The notes under the pieces: model-generated | The model's input: only the letters and a program-made list of their open reading frames with translations | Told to the model about the DNA's origin: nothing | Databases searched by the model: none | Position numbers and translations under genes: made by a program | Assembly: GCA_948619685.1 (NCBI GenBank) | Contig: CAPGOD010000002.1 | Location: 1-64,000 of the forward strand | DNA length: 64,000 nt | Direction of reading: 5' to 3' | DNA from: an uncultured Anaeroplasmataceae bacterium | GTDB taxonomy: Bacteria > Bacillota_I > Bacilli_A > Acholeplasmatales > Anaeroplasmataceae | In this document: piece by piece, positions 38,986 through 47,765 of the stretch | How positions within the stretch are numbered: the stretch's first letter is position 1 | How the letters are laid out: every line of letters starts with the position of its first letter

Positions 38986-39049
38986 ATGCGCATCCTCCCT
39001 TCTCTAATTTATGTACATCACAAACTGATATATTATAATAGCGCATATA

Positions 39050-39102
39050 ATAATTATCGTTAGGACTAATTATAGCTTATATACTAATTATTGTCAAGAC
39101 TA
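39050..39102. promoter_or_regulatory. three direct ACTAATTAT repeats between divergent mazF-like and XRE genes (likely operator)
   Basis: taggACTAATTATagc / atACTAATTATtgtc / aagACTAATTATtgcg. Confidence 0.4.
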
Positions 39103-39156
39103 ATTATTGCGCAAATTATAATTTTTTGGTAAAATAATTCTTGGAGGTATTACAAA

Positions 39157-39369
39157 ATGAAAATTATTCTTAATGACACGTTAAAATCAAAATCAAAATC
39201 ACAGTACTGGCTCTGTAAAGAGACTGGCATTGCAGCTTCAACATTAAATAATTTATGTAACAATAAAACTACTAGCATACAGTTTTCTGTACTGGACAAA
39301 ATATGCGATGCCCTAAACTGTAATGTCTCTGATATAATGATTCACGAAAAAAGCGGTACTACTAAATAG
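39157..39369 (+). CDS. XRE-family HTH transcriptional regulator
   Basis: SQYWLCKETGIAASTLNNLCNNK HTH; GGAGG RBS. Confidence 0.7.
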   Translation: MKIILNDTLKSKSKSQYWLCKETGIAASTLNNLCNNKTTSIQFSVLDKICDALNCNVSDIMIHEKSGTTK

Positions 39370-39411
39370 TATCGCTTTTGGAGTCCAATAAATTGTACTG
39401 GAAATATTTTT

Positions 39412-39966
39412 CTAATCAATTCCTTCAAAAATTTCGCCTAATGTCATCTTAATATGGGGGAAGGCTTTTAGGCAAATCTCAGTCTCAGCATTATAGTCTT
39501 CCTCGTCCCTATCATTCTGAATCATATAGTTCTGTTCCAGGACATATTTCCCGTCTTGTAAATAATAAATTTCTAATGATCCAAGCGGAGAAACAATCCA
39601 ATATTCTTCAACCCCTGCCTGTTCGTAAATGTCTTTCTTTTCCGTTCTGTCCCTCTTGGCTGTGGAATGACTCTGCGTCTCCGCAATAAATTTCGGAACG
39701 CCGCTATATGATCCGCCCTTTAAATGTTTCCTGTCACATACAATCATAATATCTGGACACAAATAATCATCGTCTACATCCGGATGATATTTAAAGTCCA
39801 AATTTTCCATAAACACAAGACAAATGCTATTTTTTAAACCCGCTTTGATAATTGTATTGATGTTATTGTTTATGATTCCATGCTGGTAACTCGGAGAAGG
39901 CGACATATCATAAATCACACCATCTATTTTTTCATCTCTTTTTCTCTCCAATTCTGCCATTCCCAT
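39412..39966 (-). CDS. Uma2/DUF820-family restriction-endonuclease-like protein
   Basis: PDIMIVCD...K...GV.EYWIV core. Confidence 0.6.
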   Translation of the reverse strand: MGMAELERKRDEKIDGVIYDMSPSPSYQHGIINNNINTIIKAGLKNSICLVFMENLDFKYHPDVDDDYLCPDIMIVCDRKHLKGGSYSGVPKFIAETQSHSTAKRDRTEKKDIYEQAGVEEYWIVSPLGSLEIYYLQDGKYVLEQNYMIQNDRDEEDYNAETEICLKAFPHIKMTLGEIFEGID

Positions 39967-40049
39967 CTAAGACACCTCTCTTCCTTGGAATAAATTATAT
40001 CATATCTCAATATACAAAAAAAGAAAAATTTTATCTACCAAACAGATTT

Positions 40050-40292
40050 TCATATTGTCATCTTGTAATCATCAAGCAACAAATATTCTCTCGATTTTTC
40101 TCGCATATTTCTAATTGTTGGTAATCCATACTTTTTACCATATTTACATAATCCGCATCCACAATGAATTTTTCCCTTTGAATACTGTCCGTTATGTGAA
40201 TACCAATCCAAACCATAAACAGACTTGCTAATACGCTTTTTTCTTTGTATTTTCCTTTTTCTCATGTCTCTAAAATACGCTCTATCTCTCAA
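40050..40292 (-). CDS. hypothetical basic protein
   Basis: 80-aa ORF. Confidence 0.4.
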   Translation of the reverse strand: MRDRAYFRDMRKRKIQRKKRISKSVYGLDWYSHNGQYSKGKIHCGCGLCKYGKKYGLPTIRNMREKSREYLLLDDYKMTI

Positions 40293-40329
40293 ATTACAAA
40301 CCTCCTGATCATATAGTTATTTTATTAAT

Positions 40330-40432
40330 ATATGCACTAACAAATTCTTCCCCGTAATATCAAGAAAATGATACTTGTTCTCTGGATCGGACATATTCAA
40401 TTATCCAACTCTTTTTTCATTCTTTGATACTT
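40330..40432 (-). repeat. degraded duplicate (~85% id) of the 5' coding end of gene 41938-42240
   Basis: caaattcttccccgtaatatcaagaaaatgatacttgttctctggatcgg... vs 42132-42240. Confidence 0.55.
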
Positions 40433-40460
40433 TCATTTTTGTCATGCCATTTTACATTTG

Positions 40461-40790
40461 TCATTCCATGCCAAGTAATTTATTTCCCATATAATCTAAA
40501 TCATCTAGCACAAAAATAGTCCCCTCTTTTTTCATTGCCGTTATTACCTTTGATATTCTACTTTTAGAAATCTCAAGACGCTCATTCACTTTTTGAAGCA
40601 AATCGTCTTTTGTCATTTCTTGCTTTTTTAATATACGAGATATTTCATCTCTTATCTGGCCATCATTAACTAATATAGAATAATCTACTGGGGCCAGACT
40701 ATAAACCTTATAATTGCTTAAGTTATACTCCGCGAATTCTTTCACTGTATTTAAAACAATTTTTTCCTTTTCATTTAATAATAAATACAT
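40461..40790 (-). CDS. hypothetical protein
   Basis: 109-aa ORF. Confidence 0.4.
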   Translation of the reverse strand: MYLLLNEKEKIVLNTVKEFAEYNLSNYKVYSLAPVDYSILVNDGQIRDEISRILKKQEMTKDDLLQKVNERLEISKSRISKVITAMKKEGTIFVLDDLDYMGNKLLGME

Positions 40791-40822
40791 ACGCCCTCAC
40801 CATAAAATTTCACTTTTATCTG

Positions 40823-41239
40823 TCAATTATACTTATCTAATATTTCTTGCATAAAATCATTCCCATAAATAACAGGATATCTCCAAAAAGTTTTTAAATC
40901 ATCTGATGCTGAAAAATTAATAGATTCACCTTTTATACCTTGTAATCTATATTCTATCTCATGACCATCTACGATAATATTTTGAACTTTATACCTCAAC
41001 AATTGATTTAAAAATACTCTTGCTTTTCTCATAGTATCATATAAACTGCCTGTATTAGAAATTTTTGTAAGAAGTTTTTCATTTCCAAATAATATGGGCG
41101 TTTCTTTGCAATCATTAAAATATATTATATCTCCTATATTTACCAACGGAGCTGGTACACCTACATTTTCACACTTTTCAATATCATCTTTATCTTCAGA
41201 TTGTCTTCCACAAATTTCACACATATATAATGTTTTCAA
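40823..41239 (-). CDS. hypothetical zinc-ribbon protein
   Basis: 138-aa ORF, CEICG...C. Confidence 0.4.
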   Translation of the reverse strand: MKTLYMCEICGRQSEDKDDIEKCENVGVPAPLVNIGDIIYFNDCKETPILFGNEKLLTKISNTGSLYDTMRKARVFLNQLLRYKVQNIIVDGHEIEYRLQGIKGESINFSASDDLKTFWRYPVIYGNDFMQEILDKYN

Positions 41240-41359
41240 ATTAATTTTCTCCTATATGTCATAAAACTGAACTTTCATAGCGCGACATTATATGAAACAT
41301 TCACACTTCTTTAAATAATCCCTTATGTTTTTAATCAAAAAAACGGACACTATTATTTT

Positions 41360-41923
41360 TTAATTATCACCTAAAAACTCCACCCTTTCAACTTGTCCCC
41401 ATTTTTTATTACATTGATTACGATGATATTCTTCAACATAACCGATCCTAAAACATTTTATTGAAAATCTTCCTTTTTTCGTATCCAGAAATTCTAAATT
41501 TTTTAAATATTCTTTTATTCTTACATTAATTGGAATACCTACATCAATCTTAGAAACGCAATATTTTCTGTCAACATATTCCCCATTTCCTACATGTCCT
41601 CCTTCACTGAACATTTCATGGCTTGTTTCTTTTAATGTTTTTATTTTTCGCACAAGTTCTTCCGCCAACTGATTTTCACAATGCTGCGCTTCACTATGTC
41701 CAACATCTTCTTTTACGATTTTGAACCAATAAAATTCAAACCCTTTTGTTGATTTATTTTTTTCTGACCATATTGATAATTCACTTTTTGACGAATATTG
41801 TTTCCAATGTTCTTCCATTCTTCCTTTCAAATCTTTAGCGATTCCAACATAGTAATTACCAGAGTAATTATATCTCAATACATACAAATTCCAATTCTTA
41901 TTATCCATTTTAATCGCCTCCAC
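41360..41923 (-). CDS. GIY-YIG nuclease-superfamily protein
   Basis: NLYVLRYNYSGNYYVGIAKDLKGRMEEH. Confidence 0.5.
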   Translation of the reverse strand: MEAIKMDNKNWNLYVLRYNYSGNYYVGIAKDLKGRMEEHWKQYSSKSELSIWSEKNKSTKGFEFYWFKIVKEDVGHSEAQHCENQLAEELVRKIKTLKETSHEMFSEGGHVGNGEYVDRKYCVSKIDVGIPINVRIKEYLKNLEFLDTKKGRFSIKCFRIGYVEEYHRNQCNKKWGQVERVEFLGDN

Positions 41924-41937
41924 ATTAAACTAGAATT

Positions 41938-42240
41938 CTATTGGCAATCATCTTTCAAAAAGTATATATAAAACCATCTTGGATAGCCATCCTGCCATAT
42001 ATCACAATAATGTCTGCGCCTAGACACTTTATTTTCTTTATATAACTCCGCAAGCAATTCTCCAATCTCAGGAACTTTTGGTGCCCCATACGGATACCAT
42101 TCTATCACTTCAGGTTCAAACTTATCAACATATGCATTCACAAATTCTTCCCCCGTAATATCAATGAAATGATCCTTATGTTCTGGATGAGTCATATACT
42201 CTATTATCCAATCCTTTTTATCATTTTTTGATATTTTCAT
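41938..42240 (-). CDS. hypothetical protein
   Basis: 100-aa ORF; 5' end duplicated at 40330-40432. Confidence 0.45.
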   Translation of the reverse strand: MKISKNDKKDWIIEYMTHPEHKDHFIDITGEEFVNAYVDKFEPEVIEWYPYGAPKVPEIGELLAELYKENKVSRRRHYCDIWQDGYPRWFYIYFLKDDCQ

Positions 42241-42266
42241 CTCTACTCCTTAAATCCAGCCTTTCA

Positions 42267-42947
42267 TCATCTTATTGATATACTTGGTAAATACATTCCA
42301 TATTTTGATGAAAATGTATAACCATCATTCTGTGCTGTATATATACCAGATTTTATATCAAGACCATACTTACTCATTATACTTTTATTCATCTTTCCAA
42401 AGAATTTATTTCCATATGTATCGTTCCAAATGATCGGAGATATGTTAGGAGTTATATAATTATCTTTGCCTTCAAATAAATTATAATCAAATCTTGAAAA
42501 TTCATGAATTCCCATTTCAAATGGATTATTAACTAAATTCTGAACAAAATTTGAGCTGATATTTATCGGAGAACCAACATTAAACCTGATTGAAGATATA
42601 ATCTCCCTCATTTCATTAACAGATTCCAAAACAATTCTATTCTGCTTGTCTATTTGTTTCCTCTGTTGTTCATATAAATTTAATATAGAACTTAATACTT
42701 CTTTTTGATGATTAGTATTATTGTGATAAAAAACATCTATATTATTGCTTATATTGTTTAATAAAATAGACTCTTTATTATTTTGATTATTAATATCCGT
42801 TCTAATATCTTCTAAAGTTTGCAATGACTTTTTTATTTTATCAATATCTTTTTCTAAAGAAAATCCTGATACGTATGATGCTATTGATGCTGCTCCTGAT
42901 ACGATACCAAAACCAGTTATAATTCCATTCGCGATATTCTCAATCAT
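42267..42947 (-). CDS. hypothetical membrane protein with N-terminal glycine-zipper helix
   Basis: IANGIITGFGIVSGAASIASYVSGF; very AT/Asn-rich. Confidence 0.4.
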   Translation of the reverse strand: MIENIANGIITGFGIVSGAASIASYVSGFSLEKDIDKIKKSLQTLEDIRTDINNQNNKESILLNNISNNIDVFYHNNTNHQKEVLSSILNLYEQQRKQIDKQNRIVLESVNEMREIISSIRFNVGSPINISSNFVQNLVNNPFEMGIHEFSRFDYNLFEGKDNYITPNISPIIWNDTYGNKFFGKMNKSIMSKYGLDIKSGIYTAQNDGYTFSSKYGMYLPSISIR

Positions 42948-42984
42948 ATAATCACCTCATCATAATAAAAACAGCATTTTATTC

Positions 42985-43764
42985 TCAATTATAATCTTTA
43001 CTAATATATTCAATAATATCCTTATCTTTAATTATTACTCTATTTTTTTCATCTCCACATGTATATTCACCTCTATTATTTTTTGTAATTTTTCTGTATG
43101 TTTTATTTTGAGTTTTTATATACCATGTTGTATTTCCTCTGATTTCACCATAAAAAATTGTTACATTCTCACTCGTTCCATTTTTATATTCTATTTTTAC
43201 ATTCTCAAATATTTTCTTTTCGCTCGTAATTTCAACAGAATTCTTTTTATTTTTTTCAATATTTTTAATCAATAAACTCTCTTGAATTTTAAGCACAGAA
43301 TCATATCCGCATTGATACAAAAATTCAGATAACAACAATTTTAATCCTTTTATCTTATCATTTTGATCAATTATGATTTTACCATCTTTTTCAAGCAACG
43401 AAAAATAAAATTGATTCATATCACAATTATCAATATAATTTGCATCAAATAAAAACGCCATTTTCGGATATCTTTTATTATTATTTGATTGCAAGAAATA
43501 TTCAATAAATTCATCTTTTGATACAGTCTCAAGTGAATTCAACTTATTCCTAATAAAAGTTAAAACTTCGTGATTACTACATTCTTTGTCATTATGTACG
43601 TTATTTGATTCATTTACAGTTTCTTGACTGACTGATATATCAGTAACATCTATATTTTCTTGTAATTCCTTCTCACCATATTTATACAAAATTTTAAAAA
43701 GTGTTTGTTCTAACCATATAACATATTCATCAAAATGTTCTCTTGTCCACTCTTTTCCCAACAT
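42985..43764 (-). CDS. hypothetical protein
   Basis: 259-aa ORF, AT-rich. Confidence 0.4.
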   Translation of the reverse strand: MLGKEWTREHFDEYVIWLEQTLFKILYKYGEKELQENIDVTDISVSQETVNESNNVHNDKECSNHEVLTFIRNKLNSLETVSKDEFIEYFLQSNNNKRYPKMAFLFDANYIDNCDMNQFYFSLLEKDGKIIIDQNDKIKGLKLLLSEFLYQCGYDSVLKIQESLLIKNIEKNKKNSVEITSEKKIFENVKIEYKNGTSENVTIFYGEIRGNTTWYIKTQNKTYRKITKNNRGEYTCGDEKNRVIIKDKDIIEYISKDYN

Positions 43765-43805
43765 TTCTCAACCTCCCGCCATCACTTAAAAGCAACATTT
43801 TATTG

Positions 43806-44093
43806 CTATGCTTCTACTCCGCTTAACCATTCTTCAGCATTACATTCATTAAACTCAGAATATTTAAACTCATCAGTATTAAAATCGCTTTCTACAGTAT
43901 TATCATCTTGATAAAGCTGCGTTTTCCCATCACCATATAGCATTTCAAATGCTTTTATAATGCTTTCTTCTTCAGAGCAATAATCAAATTTACCATCCTT
44001 ATTCTCTTTAATCATATTTCTGATTTTGTTTTCTTCATCCACATTTAGCTCATATGTATACCAGGTTGTTGCTACTGCTTCTATTTTTAACAT
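43806..44093 (-). CDS. hypothetical protein
   Basis: 95-aa ORF. Confidence 0.4.
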   Translation of the reverse strand: MLKIEAVATTWYTYELNVDEENKIRNMIKENKDGKFDYCSEEESIIKAFEMLYGDGKTQLYQDDNTVESDFNTDEFKYSEFNECNAEEWLSGVEA

Positions 44094-44119
44094 GCTTATA
44101 CCTTTCTGCCTAATAACAA

Positions 44120-44542
44120 TTAAGTGGTTTTTCTTCTTCTCCTAACATTCCTGATTTTCCACATTTCCCTCTCAGGGATATAGCACCCTCCCCATAATAC
44201 AATTGAATCAGAAATAGTTATCAACTTCTCCCAGTTACAATCATAGCACTCAATATCATCAGGAACCTCCGCTTCCCAACACGGAACTTTCTTCTTCAGA
44301 TGATTCAATGATTGATTACTCTTGTGTCCATCCACAAAGCACCAGATACCGCATCTTAAATCTTCCAAGTGTTTTTTGTAAAATGCTACTTTCTGTTCAT
44401 GAATACGATGAATCTCATATCTCAAGAACTCAGGATAATCCTCTATATTAAACTTGCCAGAAAGATGATACTTAATATGCTCTTCATGATGTGTCTGTTT
44501 CTGTGGTTCAAATGCTGCTACTGAATAGCGGATAATTTTCAT
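44120..44542 (-). CDS. hypothetical protein
   Basis: 140-aa ORF. Confidence 0.4.
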   Translation of the reverse strand: MKIIRYSVAAFEPQKQTHHEEHIKYHLSGKFNIEDYPEFLRYEIHRIHEQKVAFYKKHLEDLRCGIWCFVDGHKSNQSLNHLKKKVPCWEAEVPDDIECYDCNWEKLITISDSIVLWGGCYIPEREMWKIRNVRRRRKTT

Positions 44543-44545
44543 AAT

Positions 44546-44848
44546 TCATGCCTCTTTTTTAAACCATTTATTATATTCCTCACATTCATTACAATATGAA
44601 TCCTGTGTTACACCACATGTCTCACAAGATTTCTTATCTTCCTCTTCAAGCAAATTGAATTTCCCAACAGCAGAATCTAAGTTATCAAAAAGATTTGCCG
44701 ATTCTTCGCCTTCTTTTCCAACTTTGTACATCGCTCTTAAAGGACTTAAATATACCTCAACATCAATTCTGTTACCAGTCCTTCCATTATACGCAATACG
44801 CTCTTTCTTTAATGGTTCCTTTTTTATTTCGTCTATGTTTATTTTCAT
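44546..44848 (-). CDS. hypothetical zinc-ribbon protein
   Basis: CETCG...CNEC. Confidence 0.4.
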   Translation of the reverse strand: MKINIDEIKKEPLKKERIAYNGRTGNRIDVEVYLSPLRAMYKVGKEGEESANLFDNLDSAVGKFNLLEEEDKKSCETCGVTQDSYCNECEEYNKWFKKEA

Positions 44849-44876
44849 AAAACACCTTCCCGCTCCACTTGAAACT

Positions 44877-45149
44877 TTATAAATAGTCTGAAATATCTAT
44901 TTTAGAGTTATCATTATAAAAATTATCTATTACTTGCCCATATCTATCTGGTTCTCCATTTAAAAAATCAATAAAATCATCAGCATTTCCACATTGTCCG
45001 CTATCTATAAGCATATCAACCATTGCTCTATCGTAATTGTTTTTATGCAACCAATTCCTGATTTCGTCATCCAACTTATTCGCCTTTCTTTGATGTTCTG
45101 CATATTTTCTGATTTTATTTTCTACACTTTTGGGTATTGGTTTTTTCAT
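44877..45149 (-). CDS. hypothetical protein
   Basis: 90-aa ORF. Confidence 0.4.
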   Translation of the reverse strand: MKKPIPKSVENKIRKYAEHQRKANKLDDEIRNWLHKNNYDRAMVDMLIDSGQCGNADDFIDFLNGEPDRYGQVIDNFYNDNSKIDISDYL

Positions 45150-45162
45150 TTCTGCACCTAAA

Positions 45163-45312
45163 TTTTTCTAATAAAAATCCATGTAAAATAAACTTCCCCG
45201 GTGCAAGCACTCAAACACCACAGGGGTGTTTGCCTCCTGCTTCGCAGGAGCGGGGTATTCGCCCCAACCTCGCTACGCTCAGTGCTAGTTTGCGCGATGC
45301 AAGCATCGGGGA
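45163..45312. ncRNA. GC-rich highly structured non-coding island (several consecutive hairpins); candidate structured RNA
   Basis: GTGCAAGCAC, CAAACACC-ACAGG-GGTGTTTG, CTCCTG-CTTCG-CAGGAG, CGGGG-TATTCG-CCCC, CGATGCAAGCATCG; no cloverleaf found. Confidence 0.3.
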
Positions 45313-45338
45313 ATGTACCCTCAATGATTCAATAAATA

Positions 45339-45590
45339 TCATTCATATAAAGTAAACAAAATGCATTCTTCAACTTTTTCATTATAGTTATCGTGAAGAT
45401 ATGTATTATATCCTACCTCTCCTTCAAAATCATAATCATCAACATATTCTTCTGGTTCACTTTTTGATTGGTGCATCTTCTCCAGCTTTACACCTCTCAA
45501 TGCCAAAAAAACCGATCCTTCTCCACTTAACAAAACAACCGGATTACCTTCAATAGATTGTAGCTTTTCAATTAATTCATTTTTAGTCAT
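45339..45590 (-). CDS. hypothetical protein
   Basis: 83-aa ORF. Confidence 0.4.
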   Translation of the reverse strand: MTKNELIEKLQSIEGNPVVLLSGEGSVFLALRGVKLEKMHQSKSEPEEYVDDYDFEGEVGYNTYLHDNYNEKVEECILFTLYE

Positions 45591-45594
45591 ATTA

Positions 45595-45756
45595 TCACTT
45601 CACACCGCATCCAGCAGCATACTTCAAAATATCGCCATCTGTTGGATATACATCTTCCCATCCTAAAAGAGTATAACTTTCACCCTTCTTAATATCGTTT
45701 ACGATTCCTCTCAGTTCTTCACCATCTAATTTATATAAACATTTCCAAGTAATCAT
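45595..45756 (-). CDS. small hypothetical ORF (54 aa)
   Basis: GGAGG RBS; MITWKCLYKLDGEELRGIVNDIKKGESY... Confidence 0.3.
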   Translation of the reverse strand: MITWKCLYKLDGEELRGIVNDIKKGESYTLLGWEDVYPTDGDILKYAAGCGVK

Positions 45757-45770
45757 TCTAATCAGCCTCC

Positions 45771-46059
45771 ATATAACCCATTACACTTCAGCCAACTTAC
45801 ACTCAATAGCCATATACGGACTAATCAGCAATTCCATCGGTTCGCTTCTCCAATCAAGGGTATCTGTCAATTTACCTGTACTCAAAGGATATGCTTCTAC
45901 ACCAAACCCTCCTTCAGGAATATGTATACAAACCAAATGTTTTCCATATCCTAATGCCAATTAAGCATCATTTGTGCACCATAAACCATTATGACATGTT
46001 CGCTTTTCGTCACATATTTTAATAGCATTTTCATAGTCTGTACCATGATATAGAAACAT
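45771..46059 (-). pseudogene. Tpt1/KptA C-domain-like paralog with in-frame TAA at a conserved Glu position
   Basis: MFLYHGTDYENAIKICDE...GLWCTNDA[TAA]LALGYGKHLVCIHIPEGG aligns to HFELAMDY...LIIPVHI of 46350-46763. Confidence 0.45.
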
Positions 46060-46091
46060 CTACTTCCCCCCTACTGAAAGAGAATCTGCTA

Positions 46092-46322
46092 TTAAGAATT
46101 GCTAACACTATTTTTCTTTACATAATCCCAATCAAATTCTTCATTCTTTTTCCTTCTCTGCTCAAATTGAAATAAAACTATATTATTATAGCCTTCTTGA
46201 TCCATTTCTTTTGCTTTGTCCATGCACTCTTCCTTATTATTAAAACCATCAAGAATCCAAGGTATTCCATTAAAATCTTTACCATTTTTATCTTTATATG
46301 CTATAGCAAAACCAGTTTTCAT
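46092..46322 (-). CDS. hypothetical protein
   Basis: 76-aa ORF. Confidence 0.4.
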   Translation of the reverse strand: MKTGFAIAYKDKNGKDFNGIPWILDGFNNKEECMDKAKEMDQEGYNNIVLFQFEQRRKKNEEFDWDYVKKNSVSNS

Positions 46323-46349
46323 AACCCACCTCCCGATGAAAATCGAATT

Positions 46350-46763
46350 TTAACCTATTTTTCTAATCACGCTGGGATCATAAACCACAATCTCATCGTA
46401 ATAATTATATTGAATCAGCAAAGCTCTGATCCCATTATTCCTTGCATATTCTTCAACTTCTGGCATCTCTAATGCTGTTTCAAAATCAGGGTTTTTCTTA
46501 CATATTTTACCTAATCTATTCGCTAATGTTTTATACTGTAAAATTTTTATATCCCTATTATAAATATGAACAGGAATTATTAATTCCTCATGATTCTTTC
46601 TGTCTTTATCATTATATGTATAATCCATAGCTAATTCAAAATGTGATGTCAAATAAATTCCATTCCCATAATTTCCATCTGTACAGATTTTGAATCCATT
46701 ATTTATAATTGATTGTTTTGTCTGTTCAGACGATGTACCATGATATAATATCAAAATCACCAC
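46350..46763 (-). CDS. Tpt1/KptA (RNA 2'-phosphotransferase) C-terminal ADP-ribosyltransferase-fold-like domain protein
   Basis: LILYHGTSSEQTKQSIINNGF...GNGIYLTS...LIIPVHI resembles KptA FLYHGTASRFLDEIKKQGL...VHLS...ILTV. Confidence 0.4.
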   Translation of the reverse strand: MVILILYHGTSSEQTKQSIINNGFKICTDGNYGNGIYLTSHFELAMDYTYNDKDRKNHEELIIPVHIYNRDIKILQYKTLANRLGKICKKNPDFETALEMPEVEEYARNNGIRALLIQYNYYDEIVVYDPSVIRKIG

Positions 46764-46790
46764 TCCTTAAAATCAGACTTTCATTGCCCA

Positions 46791-47219
46791 CTATACAAAT
46801 TCCTTATCTAACAAATCAATCTTCCCAATACTGCGCAAATATTCCTTTTGTCTATTCGTAACTCTCTTTGATAGGTTCCGTGTAATCTTAAAATCATGAC
46901 CGTGAGGGTTGTGAATCAAAATCCATCCCATATTGGTTAGTAAATCACCAGCGTCACCATTATCTTCACGTCTGGCTTGTTCATAAGATATTTCCCCTTC
47001 ACGATATAATCTCAAAAGATATTTAGATGCCCATGCCTGATGATTTCCATATTCTACGGGATAAAATGTGCCGTCAGGAGCCAACCAACCATATTCTTCT
47101 TTGTTTTTCTTAGGTTCTTCTGCATCTTCAACATCTATAATTCTATTTCCAACGATTTTCATTCTTCCACAAACAATATCCCATGCATCTTTAAGACATT
47201 GATCTAAAATTTCCCCCAT
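46791..47219 (-). CDS. hypothetical protein
   Basis: 142-aa ORF. Confidence 0.4.
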   Translation of the reverse strand: MGEILDQCLKDAWDIVCGRMKIVGNRIIDVEDAEEPKKNKEEYGWLAPDGTFYPVEYGNHQAWASKYLLRLYREGEISYEQARREDNGDAGDLLTNMGWILIHNPHGHDFKITRNLSKRVTNRQKEYLRSIGKIDLLDKEFV

Positions 47220-47236
47220 ATCGCCACCTATCCAAT

Positions 47237-47470
47237 TTATTGTATTAACAACAGAATATACACAAACTCTCTTACAAAATCCGTAAACTGTCTCATAAAA
47301 TCCATACCAGCATTATATCCGCAGGCATTATCTATCTGTATTTCTATTGGACTTCTTTTATCTGGTCTTTTCAAACCTTTTAATCTGCAAAATTCATTTA
47401 CCAGATCATCATTATTCAAACATAGGCTACACACATTGATAAAATCATTTTCCAAATCTTCTACTGTCAT
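47237..47470 (-). CDS. hypothetical protein (start placed at internal Met MTVEDL to limit overlap)
   Basis: ORF 47237-47518. Confidence 0.3.
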   Translation of the reverse strand: MTVEDLENDFINVCSLCLNNDDLVNEFCRLKGLKRPDKRSPIEIQIDNACGYNAGMDFMRQFTDFVREFVYILLLIQ

Positions 47471-47729
47471 AAAGCGACTCTCCCATCTCTTGAAGATAAT
47501 ACCACAAATCCACCCCATCTACACTACTCATATCAGTTTTATACCATTCGCCCCGGAGCACAAAATAGAAATAGCATCTGTTTGTTCTCACAGTAAACCA
47601 GAACTTTGTTTTCTGCTCATTGATGTTTCTCTCAAAATTATCCCAATAATCATTTTTACTATTGATTTTTGGTGGTTGCTTTAATTTGATACATTTTACT
47701 TTATCACCGTCTTTTGTATATAAAATCAT
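47445..47729 (-). CDS. hypothetical protein
   Basis: 94-aa ORF. Confidence 0.35.
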   Translation of the reverse strand: MILYTKDGDKVKCIKLKQPPKINSKNDYWDNFERNINEQKTKFWFTVRTNRCYFYFVLRGEWYKTDMSSVDGVDLWYYLQEMGESLYDSRRFGK

Positions 47730-47765
47730 CTACATCACCTACTCAAGATAAAATCAAGTTTTCAA

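Noticed and set aside
45163-45312. tRNA or tmRNA gene in the GC-rich island
   Set aside because: On either strand there is no 7-bp acceptor stem, no T-arm GTTC-like loop and no 7-nt anticodon loop. The hairpins have 3-6-nt loops.
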